Positions 55,150-64,000 of a DNA stretch of 64,000 nt are shown here, in pieces. A program made the position numbers and the translations under genes. This stretch comes from an uncultured bacterium (lineage in GTDB: Bacteria > Bacillota_I > Bacilli_A > RFN20 > CAG-826). Every line of letters begins with the position of its first letter. Within the stretch, counting starts at the first letter, position 1. Below the pieces are notes generated by a model. The model did not search any database. It was not told the origin of the DNA and saw nothing but the letters and a program-made list of their open reading frames with translations. The stretch lies in the NCBI GenBank assembly GCA_949293175.1, contig CASFCI010000003.1, positions 78,899-142,898 on the forward strand, read 5' to 3'.

Positions 55150-56339
55150 TTGCCCTCCAGCAGCTTAAGCTCGGGGCTAAGTCTAAATGCGGAAGCAAGC
55201 GATATCAAGACGCATTCGTCCTCGCCGCGGAAGACGGTGGTCTGCGGGCTGCGGCGGAACAGCCGGTAGAGGATGCCATCCCCCTTGGCTTTCTCCTCCT
55301 CGATGAGCTTCGCCATGGCGGAGTAGGCCGCCTCCTTGGGGCGAAGCAATTCGTCGGTCGGGGTCTTGGCCTTCGACAGCAGGTGCTCCAGCGGGAGCAG
55401 CAGCAATTGCTCCGGGGTTGGCCGGTGCAGCCCCTTGGCGTCGGCGGCGTCCATCAGCCACTTGACCGCCTTCCGCATGTCATCCTCCTCCATGGAGAGG
55501 ACGGACCGCTTGAAGCTCTCGGCGGCCCGCTTGACGTCCTTGCTCAAAAACGAGTAATCGAAGCCGATGTAGTCGCCGTATTCCTTCTTCGCGTCGGCGT
55601 AGCCCTGGTTCATGTTGGCTATTATGACCTCGGGGGTGAAGTCCATTATCGAGCCAAGCGACTTCGAGGGGGTTATGAGCTTGACGTTGGGCAGCCTAAG
55701 CAGCTCGGAGTGCTGCGGGGTGAACGAGAGCATGTTCATGTCGACGCAGACTATCTCGTCGGCCCCCATCGAGATGGCGTAGTCGATCGGGACGTTGTTC
55801 TTGTAGAACCCGTCGATGTACATGCTGCCAGCGACGGTCTCGATCGGGAAGATCGGCACGCAGGCGCTTGAGGCGTGCAGGAAGGGGAGGATGTCCTCCT
55901 CCCTGGCCTTGTTCAGCTCGACCCGGGTTTCCTTTAGCCCGGGGAAGGAGACCGTGACGATGCCAAGCCTCACCTTCGATTCCTTGATCCGCTTGGGGTC
56001 GATGTATTTGGCGCACAGCTGCTTGAACGGGGTGATGTCGGCCCCGCGCGACTTGACGTAGGACAAAAGGAAGGACAGCGACCCGGCGATGTCGAAGCTG
56101 GTTATGGCGTCCTTGTTGAAGTTCATCCCGTCCTTCATGACCTTGTCCGGGGTGATCTCGAGCCAGAGGGTGCGCAGCTTCTCGTAGTCGCCGGTGCATA
56201 GCAAGGCCCCGTTTAGCGCGCCAATAGAGGTCCCGGTGATGATGTCGAACCGCTCGCCTTTCTCCAGCAGGCACTTCACCGCGCCGACCTGATAGGCGCC
56301 AAGGCTCCCGCCTCCGGCTAGGACCAGCGCCTTGCTCAT
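55146..56339 (-). CDS. patatin-like phospholipase
   Basis: LVLAGGGSLGAYQVGAV (oxyanion GGGxxG) and GTSIGALNGAL (GxSxG nucleophile). 397 aa. Confidence 0.75.
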   Translation of the reverse strand: MSKALVLAGGGSLGAYQVGAVKCLLEKGERFDIITGTSIGALNGALLCTGDYEKLRTLWLEITPDKVMKDGMNFNKDAITSFDIAGSLSFLLSYVKSRGADITPFKQLCAKYIDPKRIKESKVRLGIVTVSFPGLKETRVELNKAREEDILPFLHASSACVPIFPIETVAGSMYIDGFYKNNVPIDYAISMGADEIVCVDMNMLSFTPQHSELLRLPNVKLITPSKSLGSIMDFTPEVIIANMNQGYADAKKEYGDYIGFDYSFLSKDVKRAAESFKRSVLSMEEDDMRKAVKWLMDAADAKGLHRPTPEQLLLLPLEHLLSKAKTPTDELLRPKEAAYSAMAKLIEEEKAKGDGILYRLFRRSPQTTVFRGEDECVLISLASAFRLSPELKLLEGK

Positions 56340-57184
56340 ATCTTGAACCCCCGGGACTGCTGCAGCTTGTTGAAGAAGATGGCGGCGGTGATGGAGATGT
56401 TGCTCTTCTTCCGCTCCTCTATCTCGTCCCTAATCCAGCGCTGCCCCGCTTCCTTTATCTTCGATAATGTCATCTGGGATAGCACCTTCTGCCCGAACTC
56501 GCGGCCATAGTCATAGGATATATCGAGCATCCGGTTGATGTTCCTCAGGTCGAAGGAATAGGTCTTGATCGAGTTGCCGCAGCGGGTCCCGACGTCGATG
56601 TCGATGACCACCGTGTCGGAATTGACGATCTCCGCCGGGGGCAGGTAGCGCGGGTAGTTGTGCAGTATGAGCAATAGGTCGACGTGCTTGATGAGGAAGG
56701 GATAGACCGGGATGTTGTCGGTCGCCCCGCCGTCGAGGTAGAACTTCTTCCCGTACCGGCGGTATACCCCATTGACGAAGGGGAAGGTCAAGGTGATGTT
56801 CATCGCCTCGTAAAGCTCGTCCTTGGGTTTGGAGGAATCGAGGTAGAAGTAATGCGTCGAGAGGGTGTTGAGGCAGGTCCCGGTCACATATAGCGGGATG
56901 TCGACCCGACCGCCCTTTATCAAGGAATCAATGACCTGGTCGACCAGCTTGTTCTTAAGATTGAGCCGAAGGTTGGATATCGAGGTGATGTTGGTGTGGC
57001 GGTATATCTGCTCGCCATAATCGAGCCGGTCGGCGCTTAGCGCCAAGCCAGTCAAAGCGCCGGAAGAGGAGCAGGAGAGCAGCTTTATGTCGGAGCGGTT
57101 CAAAAACGGCAGCATCCCCCTGAGGAACCCAAGCTGGGCCGCGCCCCGGGCGAACCCGCCGCCGAATACGATGCCGATGTCCAT
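56336..57184 (-). CDS. patatin-like phospholipase (second copy)
   Basis: IVFGGGFARGAAQLG and CSSSGALTG (GxSxG). A 4-nt overlap with the downstream patatin gene. Confidence 0.7.
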   Translation of the reverse strand: MDIGIVFGGGFARGAAQLGFLRGMLPFLNRSDIKLLSCSSSGALTGLALSADRLDYGEQIYRHTNITSISNLRLNLKNKLVDQVIDSLIKGGRVDIPLYVTGTCLNTLSTHYFYLDSSKPKDELYEAMNITLTFPFVNGVYRRYGKKFYLDGGATDNIPVYPFLIKHVDLLLILHNYPRYLPPAEIVNSDTVVIDIDVGTRCGNSIKTYSFDLRNINRMLDISYDYGREFGQKVLSQMTLSKIKEAGQRWIRDEIEERKKSNISITAAIFFNKLQQSRGFKI

Positions 57185-57188
57185 TGCC

Positions 57189-58052
57189 CTACCCCTTGGT
57201 GGCGAAGCGGCTCTTCATCCTTAGCGAGGAGAATATGCCGGCGTTGATTGCGCAAAGCAGGTTGAGCGCGAAGCAGACGTAGATGATTATGCAGCTGTTC
57301 TCGTCTATAGACAGCCCGCATTGGGGGATGAAGGTCATGATGAATAAAACCGCGGAGCAGACCAATAGGATCAAGACGTAGAAGAAGGTCGAGAATACGT
57401 TGAAGTTCTTTATGGCGATGTAGCGGGCGAGGCCGAAGAGGAAAAGCAGGCTCAGGAAAACCGGGGCGATGTATCCGAAGCAAAGCGAATACGAGCTCAT
57501 TCCGAAAAGCGGGAAATACGGCGGGTATCCACCAGCCCCGATGGCACTCACCTGCGTCCCTTCCGGGGACATCCTGACCCAGCTTGGATAGGAGAACATC
57601 AGGATCAGCATGAAGGCCAAGCCAAAGCCGAATGCCTTAAGGAAAAGCAAGCGGTTGCTGTTTTGCCTCGGCGCGATGGCCTCGTTTATCAAGAACAAGG
57701 CCCCGAAAAGCGAAAGGAAGGCCCATGGGGATAGGTGGTAGTTATGGCGCGGCCCCAGGAAGACCAAGGCGATGTCGATTATGCAGATAAGGGCGAAGAG
57801 GTTGGCGATGATGATGCTGATGAGCTGCCTGGTCGAGATCTCGGCCCAGCGGAGCATGAACCGCTTCTCATCAAGCGGGGCAGGCTTGGAAAAAGGCGTG
57901 CCGCAATAAGGGCACTTGTCCTCCACGCCTTTGGTTATGAAGCCGCATTTGTGACAATACATTGACATTCGAATTTTACTACAAGAAAAACCGCCTGCAA
58001 CAGGCGGTTTTACATTTTTCCTAACGTCAACCGATATGGGCGTTTTTGGCAA
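57189..58052 (-). CDS. zinc-ribbon-containing membrane protein
   Basis: The N-terminus carries CHKCGF...CPYCGTPF (C4 ribbon), followed by six TM helices. Confidence 0.45.
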   Translation of the reverse strand: MPKTPISVDVRKNVKPPVAGGFSCSKIRMSMYCHKCGFITKGVEDKCPYCGTPFSKPAPLDEKRFMLRWAEISTRQLISIIIANLFALICIIDIALVFLGPRHNYHLSPWAFLSLFGALFLINEAIAPRQNSNRLLFLKAFGFGLAFMLILMFSYPSWVRMSPEGTQVSAIGAGGYPPYFPLFGMSSYSLCFGYIAPVFLSLLFLFGLARYIAIKNFNVFSTFFYVLILLVCSAVLFIMTFIPQCGLSIDENSCIIIYVCFALNLLCAINAGIFSSLRMKSRFATKG

Positions 58053-58665
58053 CCCAATCGACCATGTGGGTCATGGCCCAGAAGGTGTAGATGCCGAGGG
58101 TGATTATCGACAGTATCCACCAGACTATCCAGTGCCCGAGCAAGCCGAGGCCGGATCCGCCGAAGCTGACCTTCTCCCCGCCGATGACCATGCGCTCGAC
58201 GACATAGGTGATGACCAGGTTGAGGCCAACCGGGAACAGCAAGCCGAGGGTGAAGACGGTGATTAGATCCATGGCGAGCAGGTGGACGAAGAGCATGAAC
58301 GCCCCGCCTTCCCAGCTGCCTTTGCCGGTGCCGCCCTCGATGCTGATGTGGGAAGTGACCCACTGAATGACCTTTTTCGGCAAGAAGAACATGTAGATGC
58401 CGAGGGTGACGATGCAAAGAAGCAGCCACACGATCCATTTGCCGATTAGCTGTCCACCCGTGCCGTCGAAGCTAAGGGTGCGTCCATCGACTTTGGTTTT
58501 GCCCAAGATGTAGCGGATCTGAGCGCATAGGACCCATGGATATCCGATTCCAAGGGTGATGATGGTGAGCAGCGACCAAAGGATGCAGTGTCCTAGCAAT
58601 CCAAGGCCGGTGCCGGTGTAGCCTCCCTTTTCCTTGACGGGGGCTGCGTTGACAACGTCTGCCAT
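58027..58665 (-). CDS. DUF898/YjgN-like membrane protein
   Basis: Two internal repeats of G(L/T)GLGLLGHxI(L/V)W(S/W)xL(T/S)IITLGIY...W, characteristic of DUF898. Confidence 0.55.
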   Translation of the reverse strand: MADVVNAAPVKEKGGYTGTGLGLLGHCILWSLLTIITLGIGYPWVLCAQIRYILGKTKVDGRTLSFDGTGGQLIGKWIVWLLLCIVTLGIYMFFLPKKVIQWVTSHISIEGGTGKGSWEGGAFMLFVHLLAMDLITVFTLGLLFPVGLNLVITYVVERMVIGGEKVSFGGSGLGLLGHWIVWWILSIITLGIYTFWAMTHMVDWVAKNAHIG

Positions 58666-58890
58666 TTTGTCCTTCCTTTCGGGCTATTGCCCTTTTGACT
58701 TCATTAGAATAAGGCCCGAAATTGATAATCTCAACATTTTTTTCGTCACTTGAAAGACGCTTACAATTCTTTCCATTAGGAAAGGGTGAACGTAAAATGA
58801 ACACCTGTGCATTTATCTGAATTGGCTTTTCAAATCAGCAAAATAGGACAGCCATTTGTTTAAGGTGCGTCTACCGATTAAAATATTGAT

Positions 58891-59379
58891 TTGAGTTATA
58901 TGACTTTGACTATAGGAATGGGCGAAGATGAGCGCGGGAAAAGCCGCGGATCGTTTTCTTCTCCTTTTGGGAATATTGCCATCGAAAGCGAAGATGGGTT
59001 CATAACGGCCGTCTACTTCGACGATGAAGAGTACGGCGGAACCAGCAAGGCCATAGACAAAGCCAAGGCTTGGCTAGAGGAATACTTCCTCGGACGTAAT
59101 CCGAAGATGGATATCGGATTGATGCTCAAAGGGACGGAGTTCCAGCTGAGGGTATGGGAAGAGCTTATGAGCATCCCATATGGCACGACCATAACCTATG
59201 GGGAATTGGCCAGGCGGATCGGCTCCCATCCCCATCCGGTCGGGCAGGCAATGAAGAGGAACAGGATAATGCTATTGCTCCCTTGCCACCGCGTTGTGGC
59301 TAGCAATGGCTTAGGCGGGTATGCCGGAAGGGAATACAATAAGCTTAGGCTGCTGCAGCTCGAAGGATCGCTTAGATAG
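58891..59379 (+). CDS. ogt: methylated-DNA--protein-cysteine methyltransferase
   Basis: GTEFQLRVWEELMSIPYGTTITYGELA and the active-site PCHRVV. Confidence 0.85.
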   Translation: MSYMTLTIGMGEDERGKSRGSFSSPFGNIAIESEDGFITAVYFDDEEYGGTSKAIDKAKAWLEEYFLGRNPKMDIGLMLKGTEFQLRVWEELMSIPYGTTITYGELARRIGSHPHPVGQAMKRNRIMLLLPCHRVVASNGLGGYAGREYNKLRLLQLEGSLR

Positions 59380-59433
59380 CAAATAATAAAATGCTTTGCT
59401 TTATTATTAGGCTATATATTTTATTTGATATCG

Positions 59434-60315
59434 TTAAAGACGATTCTTTTTCGCCGATTGGGTGATGGTTGAGTGATAGAAATAGTTGATGATTATAGGC
59501 TTGCCGGTCGCGTTCCTTAGGAATGGCTCCTCGTCTATTACATACTCGAACCCGTTTTCCTTAGCATAGCCATCGACCGCCTTATCAAGCTCCTTCCAAT
59601 AGGTCAGGTCTCCTTTTGAATAGATGCGCGAATAAAGCTCATCCAGCTCAGGGCGATGGGAATGGATGTAGTCGATTATCGTCTTTTTGAAGCCGCCGCG
59701 TAGGTTAAGGTTCTCTAGCCAGATATAGTCACAGCAGTCCTTGATTCTATTTATTATGCTTAGGACATCGGTTATGCCTGGGAATATAGGCGAGATGAAG
59801 CAGGTGGTCCTTATGCCGGCTTCATGGCATTTCCTCATCGCCTCAATCCTTCTTTCGATGCTTGGGGTACGTTCCATGTCGCTTTTGAAGGATTCGTCTA
59901 GCGTATTGATAGACCAGGATATCAGCGGATCGGGGAAGGTCTTTATCAAATCTATGTCGCGGGTCACTAGGTCGGACTTGATGGTGATTATTAGATGTAT
60001 CTTGGCTCCCTGCATCTGGGCGAGAAACGCCCTTGTCCTTTCGTATTTTATCTCCTGCGGTATATACCCGTCGGTCACCGAGCCAACTATGAAAGTCGAG
60101 CCATCATAGCGATTGGGATGAGTGATTGGCGGCCACATCTTCACGTCGATGAACTCGCCCCATGGCTCAGTGTGGCCAGTGAACCGCTTCATGAAGCAGG
60201 CGTAGCAGTATTTGCAGGCGTGGCTGCAGCCGACATAGGGGTTGACCGAGTATCCGGCGATGGGAAGGTTGGACTTGGTCAAAACGCTTTTGACTTGTAT
60301 TTGCTTGATGATCAT
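59434..60315 (-). CDS. radical-SAM DNA repair photolyase family protein (SplB-like)
   Basis: NPYVGCSHACKYCYA (CxxxCxxC) and the overall COG1533-like layout. 293 aa. Confidence 0.65.
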   Translation of the reverse strand: MIIKQIQVKSVLTKSNLPIAGYSVNPYVGCSHACKYCYACFMKRFTGHTEPWGEFIDVKMWPPITHPNRYDGSTFIVGSVTDGYIPQEIKYERTRAFLAQMQGAKIHLIITIKSDLVTRDIDLIKTFPDPLISWSINTLDESFKSDMERTPSIERRIEAMRKCHEAGIRTTCFISPIFPGITDVLSIINRIKDCCDYIWLENLNLRGGFKKTIIDYIHSHRPELDELYSRIYSKGDLTYWKELDKAVDGYAKENGFEYVIDEEPFLRNATGKPIIINYFYHSTITQSAKKNRL

Positions 60316-60605
60316 AGATTGTCCTCCGCCTCCTCTAGGTTATGCAGGATCCTCTGCAGGCAATTCTCAAAATCGGCAATCTCGTCCTCGGAGAAGCCGC
60401 GGTAGTAGATTGAGCAGACTTCTTCGCTGACGGAGTCATATTCGCCCTTGAGCATTCTGGCCTTGTCGGTTAGCTGCACGAGCAATATGCGGTGGTCATC
60501 CTCGGATTGCCTTAAATCGACCAGCCCTTCGTCCTTCATATGTTTGACCATGGCAGAAACACTGTTTTGACTAATCTCATAAATTTGCTTTCGTTGACTA
60601 AGCAT
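60312..60605 (-). CDS. MarR-family winged-helix regulator, N-terminally short (possibly truncated)
   Basis: ISQNSVSAMVKHMKDEGLVDLRQSEDDHRILLVQLTDKARML is the MarR recognition helix plus wing. Only 97 aa, and the upstream sequence is AT-rich non-coding. ATGA-coupled to the splB-like gene. Confidence 0.5.
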   Translation of the reverse strand: MLSQRKQIYEISQNSVSAMVKHMKDEGLVDLRQSEDDHRILLVQLTDKARMLKGEYDSVSEEVCSIYYRGFSEDEIADFENCLQRILHNLEEAEDNL

Positions 60606-60806
60606 TATTTACAAATATTTTAATATCGCCCCACGTATAATGCATAGTTTCTATCTTGGAAACATCTAGTTGAATACCACCTATCCATCAGTCATTGAGA
60701 AAAGAAATATAGCAAAACTTTTTAATATAAGAAGTGGACCCTAGATGATTATCAAAACGTATTAGGAAGAAAGTATTAAACATATGCTGTTCTTCTATTA
60801 GCACAA

Positions 60807-62495
60807 TCAATCTGATTGAATTTCAAAGCCCAACATCTCATTAATCTCGGACTCGTTCTTTTCGAATTCTTTGCGGCAAAGAAGCCTTGGAGCCGCGCGA
60901 TCACCGTCATCAAATTTGTCAAAGTCAATAAGATTATATCTAGGTAAATTCACACCACACTTAGCTATTCTGTTTAAACAATCAATAGAAAACACGAAGC
61001 TTTGAGGATAACGATCAATATTGGCAATTCTTTCAAAAATAGATTTAAACGAACAAATTAAATTAGACTCGTTCATATCCAAATTTGGAAAATCGAAAAT
61101 AACTGGCATATTAATCGTTTCGTCTTTTGTATCTAGAAAAGCCAAAAACTTGGAAATCGCAAATCTAGGAACTTCACTGCCGGAAAGTTTGAAATTTTTA
61201 TTTATTGCTATTTTTTCTACTGGGATATCATCCAAATGTATGTTGGTCTCCCTTGCTAATTTAATAAAGTTGGCCTTGTATTTAGAATCAGCTTCCTTTT
61301 TAAGACTTGTATATTTGGCCATCATTTTGGACTGTTCCTTCAGCCTTCGCTTTATCCACTCAATTTTCTCAATTATTGGCGAATAATCGCGTTGGGCCTC
61401 TAGAAGTTGCTGATTCCATACAATCACCGCCCTAGAAATATCAATGTTTTTTCGCTGCGCATCAATTTTTATAATTTCGCTTGCAAGTTTTTCCGATTTT
61501 TCAATTTTAAGATCGAGCGCGCGCTTAGAATCGAGCAGGCTTGAGTTTAAATCGGACAACTCTCTTGAAACATCACTATTACAAATAGAAACCTGTAATG
61601 CCCTTTCTAAAAATCCGGTTATATCATTATTGCAAAAAGGACATTTGATATCTTCCTCATGTAGAAGCCTATTAGAAAAAGCTATGTTGTCTTCTAATGT
61701 TTTCTTCAAAAGAGCAATTTGACGATTTAATGTTTCTATCCGCTTCCTAATGCTATAAATTTCTAAGTTAAGCGAACTCATTCTTTTATATTTAGCTATA
61801 TCAGAATCAAGTTCTTTATCAAAATTAACAATTGCCGCGCTTTTATTTTCGTCCAGTTTTCTTGTTAAATAATCAATTTCGCTTTTTTTGCTTTCAGATT
61901 CTTTCTCAAAATTATCGAGTTCGATATTTAGTTTCGTTTTTTCTTCCACTAAATTAGTATAATTCGGATCCAAAACGCCTATATGATAGTAAAAAGTTTC
62001 GTAAATATCGTTTTTAGAATACATCCCCAAATCCGTGAAGAATTCTTTGTCACTCAGAAAACTGATTTGGGGAAGATAGTATGGCAAAAGGTATATTGAA
62101 GGAATCGCCGTAGAATAATTGTCCGATTCTTTGTCCTTAATTTTTATTGTAAATCCTAATAATTCATAAAGCTTATCAGAATATCCTCGCCTCTGCGTAG
62201 AGAAGAAAAACGATTTGTTTTCGTGTTGTATAAGATATGAGTTATTGTGACGAATTACTATGATTGGGGTATCGTTCTTAAGTATTGTCAGTTTTGTGTA
62301 TATATTCTTCAAATCCCATTTGTCGCTAAAAGCGACTTTCGCTCCAAAGGCATATGCCATAAACATCGATAAAGATGTTTTTCCAACGCTGTTTTGTAAC
62401 GAAGTAATAATATTAATCCCCTTATCAAAAATAACCTTTCTTGCAGATTGCTCGCTCTTGTCGTAAATCAATATCTCTTTAAACAAAATGCTCAT
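60807..62495 (-). CDS. SMC/Rad50-like ATPase with central CxxC zinc-hook (LmuB-like, Lamassu)
   Basis: N-terminal P-loop (GINIITSLQNSVGKTS), long coiled-coil, central CPFCNND hook and C-terminal MPVIFDFPNLDMNESN (Walker B/D-loop). The ATG at 62495 forms an ATGA overlap with the upstream gene (the tracked start at 62513 is TTG). AT-rich. Confidence 0.6.
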   Translation of the reverse strand: MSILFKEILIYDKSEQSARKVIFDKGINIITSLQNSVGKTSLSMFMAYAFGAKVAFSDKWDLKNIYTKLTILKNDTPIIVIRHNNSYLIQHENKSFFFSTQRRGYSDKLYELLGFTIKIKDKESDNYSTAIPSIYLLPYYLPQISFLSDKEFFTDLGMYSKNDIYETFYYHIGVLDPNYTNLVEEKTKLNIELDNFEKESESKKSEIDYLTRKLDENKSAAIVNFDKELDSDIAKYKRMSSLNLEIYSIRKRIETLNRQIALLKKTLEDNIAFSNRLLHEEDIKCPFCNNDITGFLERALQVSICNSDVSRELSDLNSSLLDSKRALDLKIEKSEKLASEIIKIDAQRKNIDISRAVIVWNQQLLEAQRDYSPIIEKIEWIKRRLKEQSKMMAKYTSLKKEADSKYKANFIKLARETNIHLDDIPVEKIAINKNFKLSGSEVPRFAISKFLAFLDTKDETINMPVIFDFPNLDMNESNLICSFKSIFERIANIDRYPQSFVFSIDCLNRIAKCGVNLPRYNLIDFDKFDDGDRAAPRLLCRKEFEKNESEINEMLGFEIQSD

Positions 62496-63550
62496 ATTTC
62501 TTCCCCAGACCAATCATAAGCCACTACGATTACTATAAGTTGCACTATTGGCTTTGGATAATAAGATAAAATATGTAGGCATTTTTCGGTTGTCCTGCGC
62601 ACCGCATCTTCTGTTGTTGAGCATTCCGATGCGATTGTTTTATATGATTCTCTAACCGTTTTAAGAGCCTTTGGGTAAACTTCGTCTGTTAAATTGCGCC
62701 TGCAAGACACAAATTCGCTATAGTAACTTTCTATATCGATGCATTCTCTCGGTGTAAATATTCTATGGGCATGGTTTAGAATCTCGCGTTTTGTCAAGCC
62801 ACACCTTTGTTTTGCGTCATTAATCAATTTTTTAATATCAATAGTCTTAATTCCCTTTTTATCGATGGCTTCATCTTCGTCAACTTCACTAGTCTTGAAT
62901 TTATGAATTCTTTTTTTCTCAAAAATCAATTTTAATGCCGACAGAATCGTTCTTGGATTTATAGAATCACAGTCGTCACCAACACAATGATAAATTACAT
63001 CATTTGTTTTGCCGGTGAGCGTTTCTATATACCTGCTTTCCGTGGAAGAAAACGGTAATGACGATCTTATGTAAACTAATTTGCCAACATAAGTATCAAG
63101 GTTTGGCATTTCCTTATTTTTACTTTTTAGAAATTCGGAAACATTCTCCTTGACCCTTTGCAATTCGTTTTCGTCGAATTTATCGCAAAAATAAAATTTA
63201 TCAAGGCATTCTGTTCTCTTACCCTTAAAATTAGCGTTGCAGATTATGTTCAATGTTTTGGCTTTTGAATTTGCGTATATATCACTCAAAACTATTTTTC
63301 CGAGAGCGTGGTCTTCAAATAGCGCATTTTTATCGTACAATCCGCCACCTTTAGTTTTTACTTGATATACTTCCAACTCTTCGTTTTGCTCATGAAAATT
63401 GTAATAAATAGCGAAATCTTCTATGGTTTCCAGCACAACTATTGCATCACAATCAATATTTGAGAGTAAATAATCAATAGCGACAGCCATTTGATAATCA
63501 AATCCACGGCTTGCATCAGTACCAGATTGTTCCCTAATTTTGATTTTCAT
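62492..63550 (-). CDS. Cap4/DUF4297-like nuclease-domain protein (LmuA-like, Lamassu effector)
   Basis: N-terminal SRGFDYQMAVAIDYLLS hallmark, then D...VVLE...YQVKTK (PD-(D/E)xK-like). 352 aa, AT-rich, ATGA-coupled to the ATPase. Confidence 0.5.
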   Translation of the reverse strand: MKIKIREQSGTDASRGFDYQMAVAIDYLLSNIDCDAIVVLETIEDFAIYYNFHEQNEELEVYQVKTKGGGLYDKNALFEDHALGKIVLSDIYANSKAKTLNIICNANFKGKRTECLDKFYFCDKFDENELQRVKENVSEFLKSKNKEMPNLDTYVGKLVYIRSSLPFSSTESRYIETLTGKTNDVIYHCVGDDCDSINPRTILSALKLIFEKKRIHKFKTSEVDEDEAIDKKGIKTIDIKKLINDAKQRCGLTKREILNHAHRIFTPRECIDIESYYSEFVSCRRNLTDEVYPKALKTVRESYKTIASECSTTEDAVRRTTEKCLHILSYYPKPIVQLIVIVVAYDWSGEEI

Positions 63551-63677
63551 TATTTAATATTATATGACTCTGTTAAAAATCATTTATTAATCTTTTTTGA
63601 TTAGCTTCCTTCGGTTCCGTTCAATATCATGCCTTATATATTGAAATAACGCGATTCAATTTAATACTCTGTTCAAA

Positions 63678-63968
63678 ATGTTGCTCTTTGTGCCTAGTAG
63701 AGAACGTGAACTATCCAGTGACAAAGTTCTCCTCTATCGATCCCTGATATCCATTATTGAGGCTACTGACGGTGATATAGGCGAAGCAAAAGGAATCATT
63801 GTATTCATTAGACCAGCACCCGCCTATTTCAGTGAAAATTCCATATCTACTTTTGGCTTCACTGGATTGACTTATATCTTTATTGCTTTGTCATATCCGT
63901 TTATCAGACCAGATCCTAAGACTCAATTCCACACCCGACCTAGCCAGTTTCGATGGGTATCCATTTGA
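63678..63968 (+). CDS. hypothetical protein in AT-rich island (weak)
   Basis: 96-aa ORF of unknown function. It continues the AT-rich segment to the window edge. Confidence 0.2.
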   Translation: MLLFVPSRERELSSDKVLLYRSLISIIEATDGDIGEAKGIIVFIRPAPAYFSENSISTFGFTGLTYIFIALSYPFIRPDPKTQFHTRPSQFRWVSI

Positions 63969-64000
63969 TCTTGGCGAGATATTCGCTTAGCCCGATTCAA

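Noticed and set aside
1-64000. Search for rRNA, tRNA, CRISPR arrays, transposases and integrases
   Set aside because: No cloverleaf-compatible conserved tRNA boxes, no rRNA-like conserved stretches, no repeat-spacer arrays and no transposase or integrase-like ORFs were seen. The AT-rich islets lack recognisable mobility genes within the window.

Overview
This is a GC-rich (about 60%) stretch of Firmicutes-type chromosome, judging by a type-2 GalT, DegV, SipW/TasA-type secretion and cre-like operators. It is interrupted by four AT-rich islands at roughly 34.0-36.6, 47.0-49.4, 51.3-54.3 and 60.6-64.0 kb. The housekeeping backbone includes: a MATE efflux pump, DegV, a GT4 glycosyltransferase and an acyl-CoA ligase; a co-directional block with a MiaB/RimO-family methylthiotransferase, malQ and the Leloir genes galM-galT-galK; cardiolipin synthase and two MFS transporters; an acnX (large and small subunit)-mgsA operon; hemolysin-III; an aldo/keto reductase and two tandem patatin-like lipases; and the DNA-repair genes xth, alkA-like, ogt and an splB-like radical-SAM gene. 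The most interesting region is 23.2-41.6 kb. It holds two translationally coupled operons encoding five proteins with SipW-cognate (TasA/camelysin-type, ...TYAWFTASR...) signal peptides. They also encode a SipW-type archaeal-like signal peptidase I, a membrane-anchored McrB-family AAA+ GTPase with a 708-aa partner carrying a long disordered tail, a TM-(degenerate GGDEF)-EAL phosphodiesterase, a 999-aa TM protein with degenerate GGDEF and EAL domains, and an MTA-nucleosidase-like protein. Each operon is preceded by a near-identical leader motif that looks like a c-di-GMP-I (GEMM) riboswitch aptamer. The first gene of the second operon is an AT-rich 920-aa adhesin-like protein (GLUG/beta-helix-like) grafted behind a GC-normal signal peptide. 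The AT-rich islands carry candidate anti-phage cargo: an AbiL-like pair (AAA ATPase plus RloB-like), a 989-aa orphan protein with a calcineurin-like metallophosphoesterase core, and a Lamassu-like pair (Cap4/DUF4297-like nuclease-domain protein plus SMC/Rad50-like ATPase with a CxxC zinc hook). No rRNA, tRNA, CRISPR array, transposase or integrase was recognised. Coordinates of the non-CDS features (terminators, promoters, riboswitch candidates, operator sites and the unlisted small ORF) come from manual indexing and may be off by a few nt.
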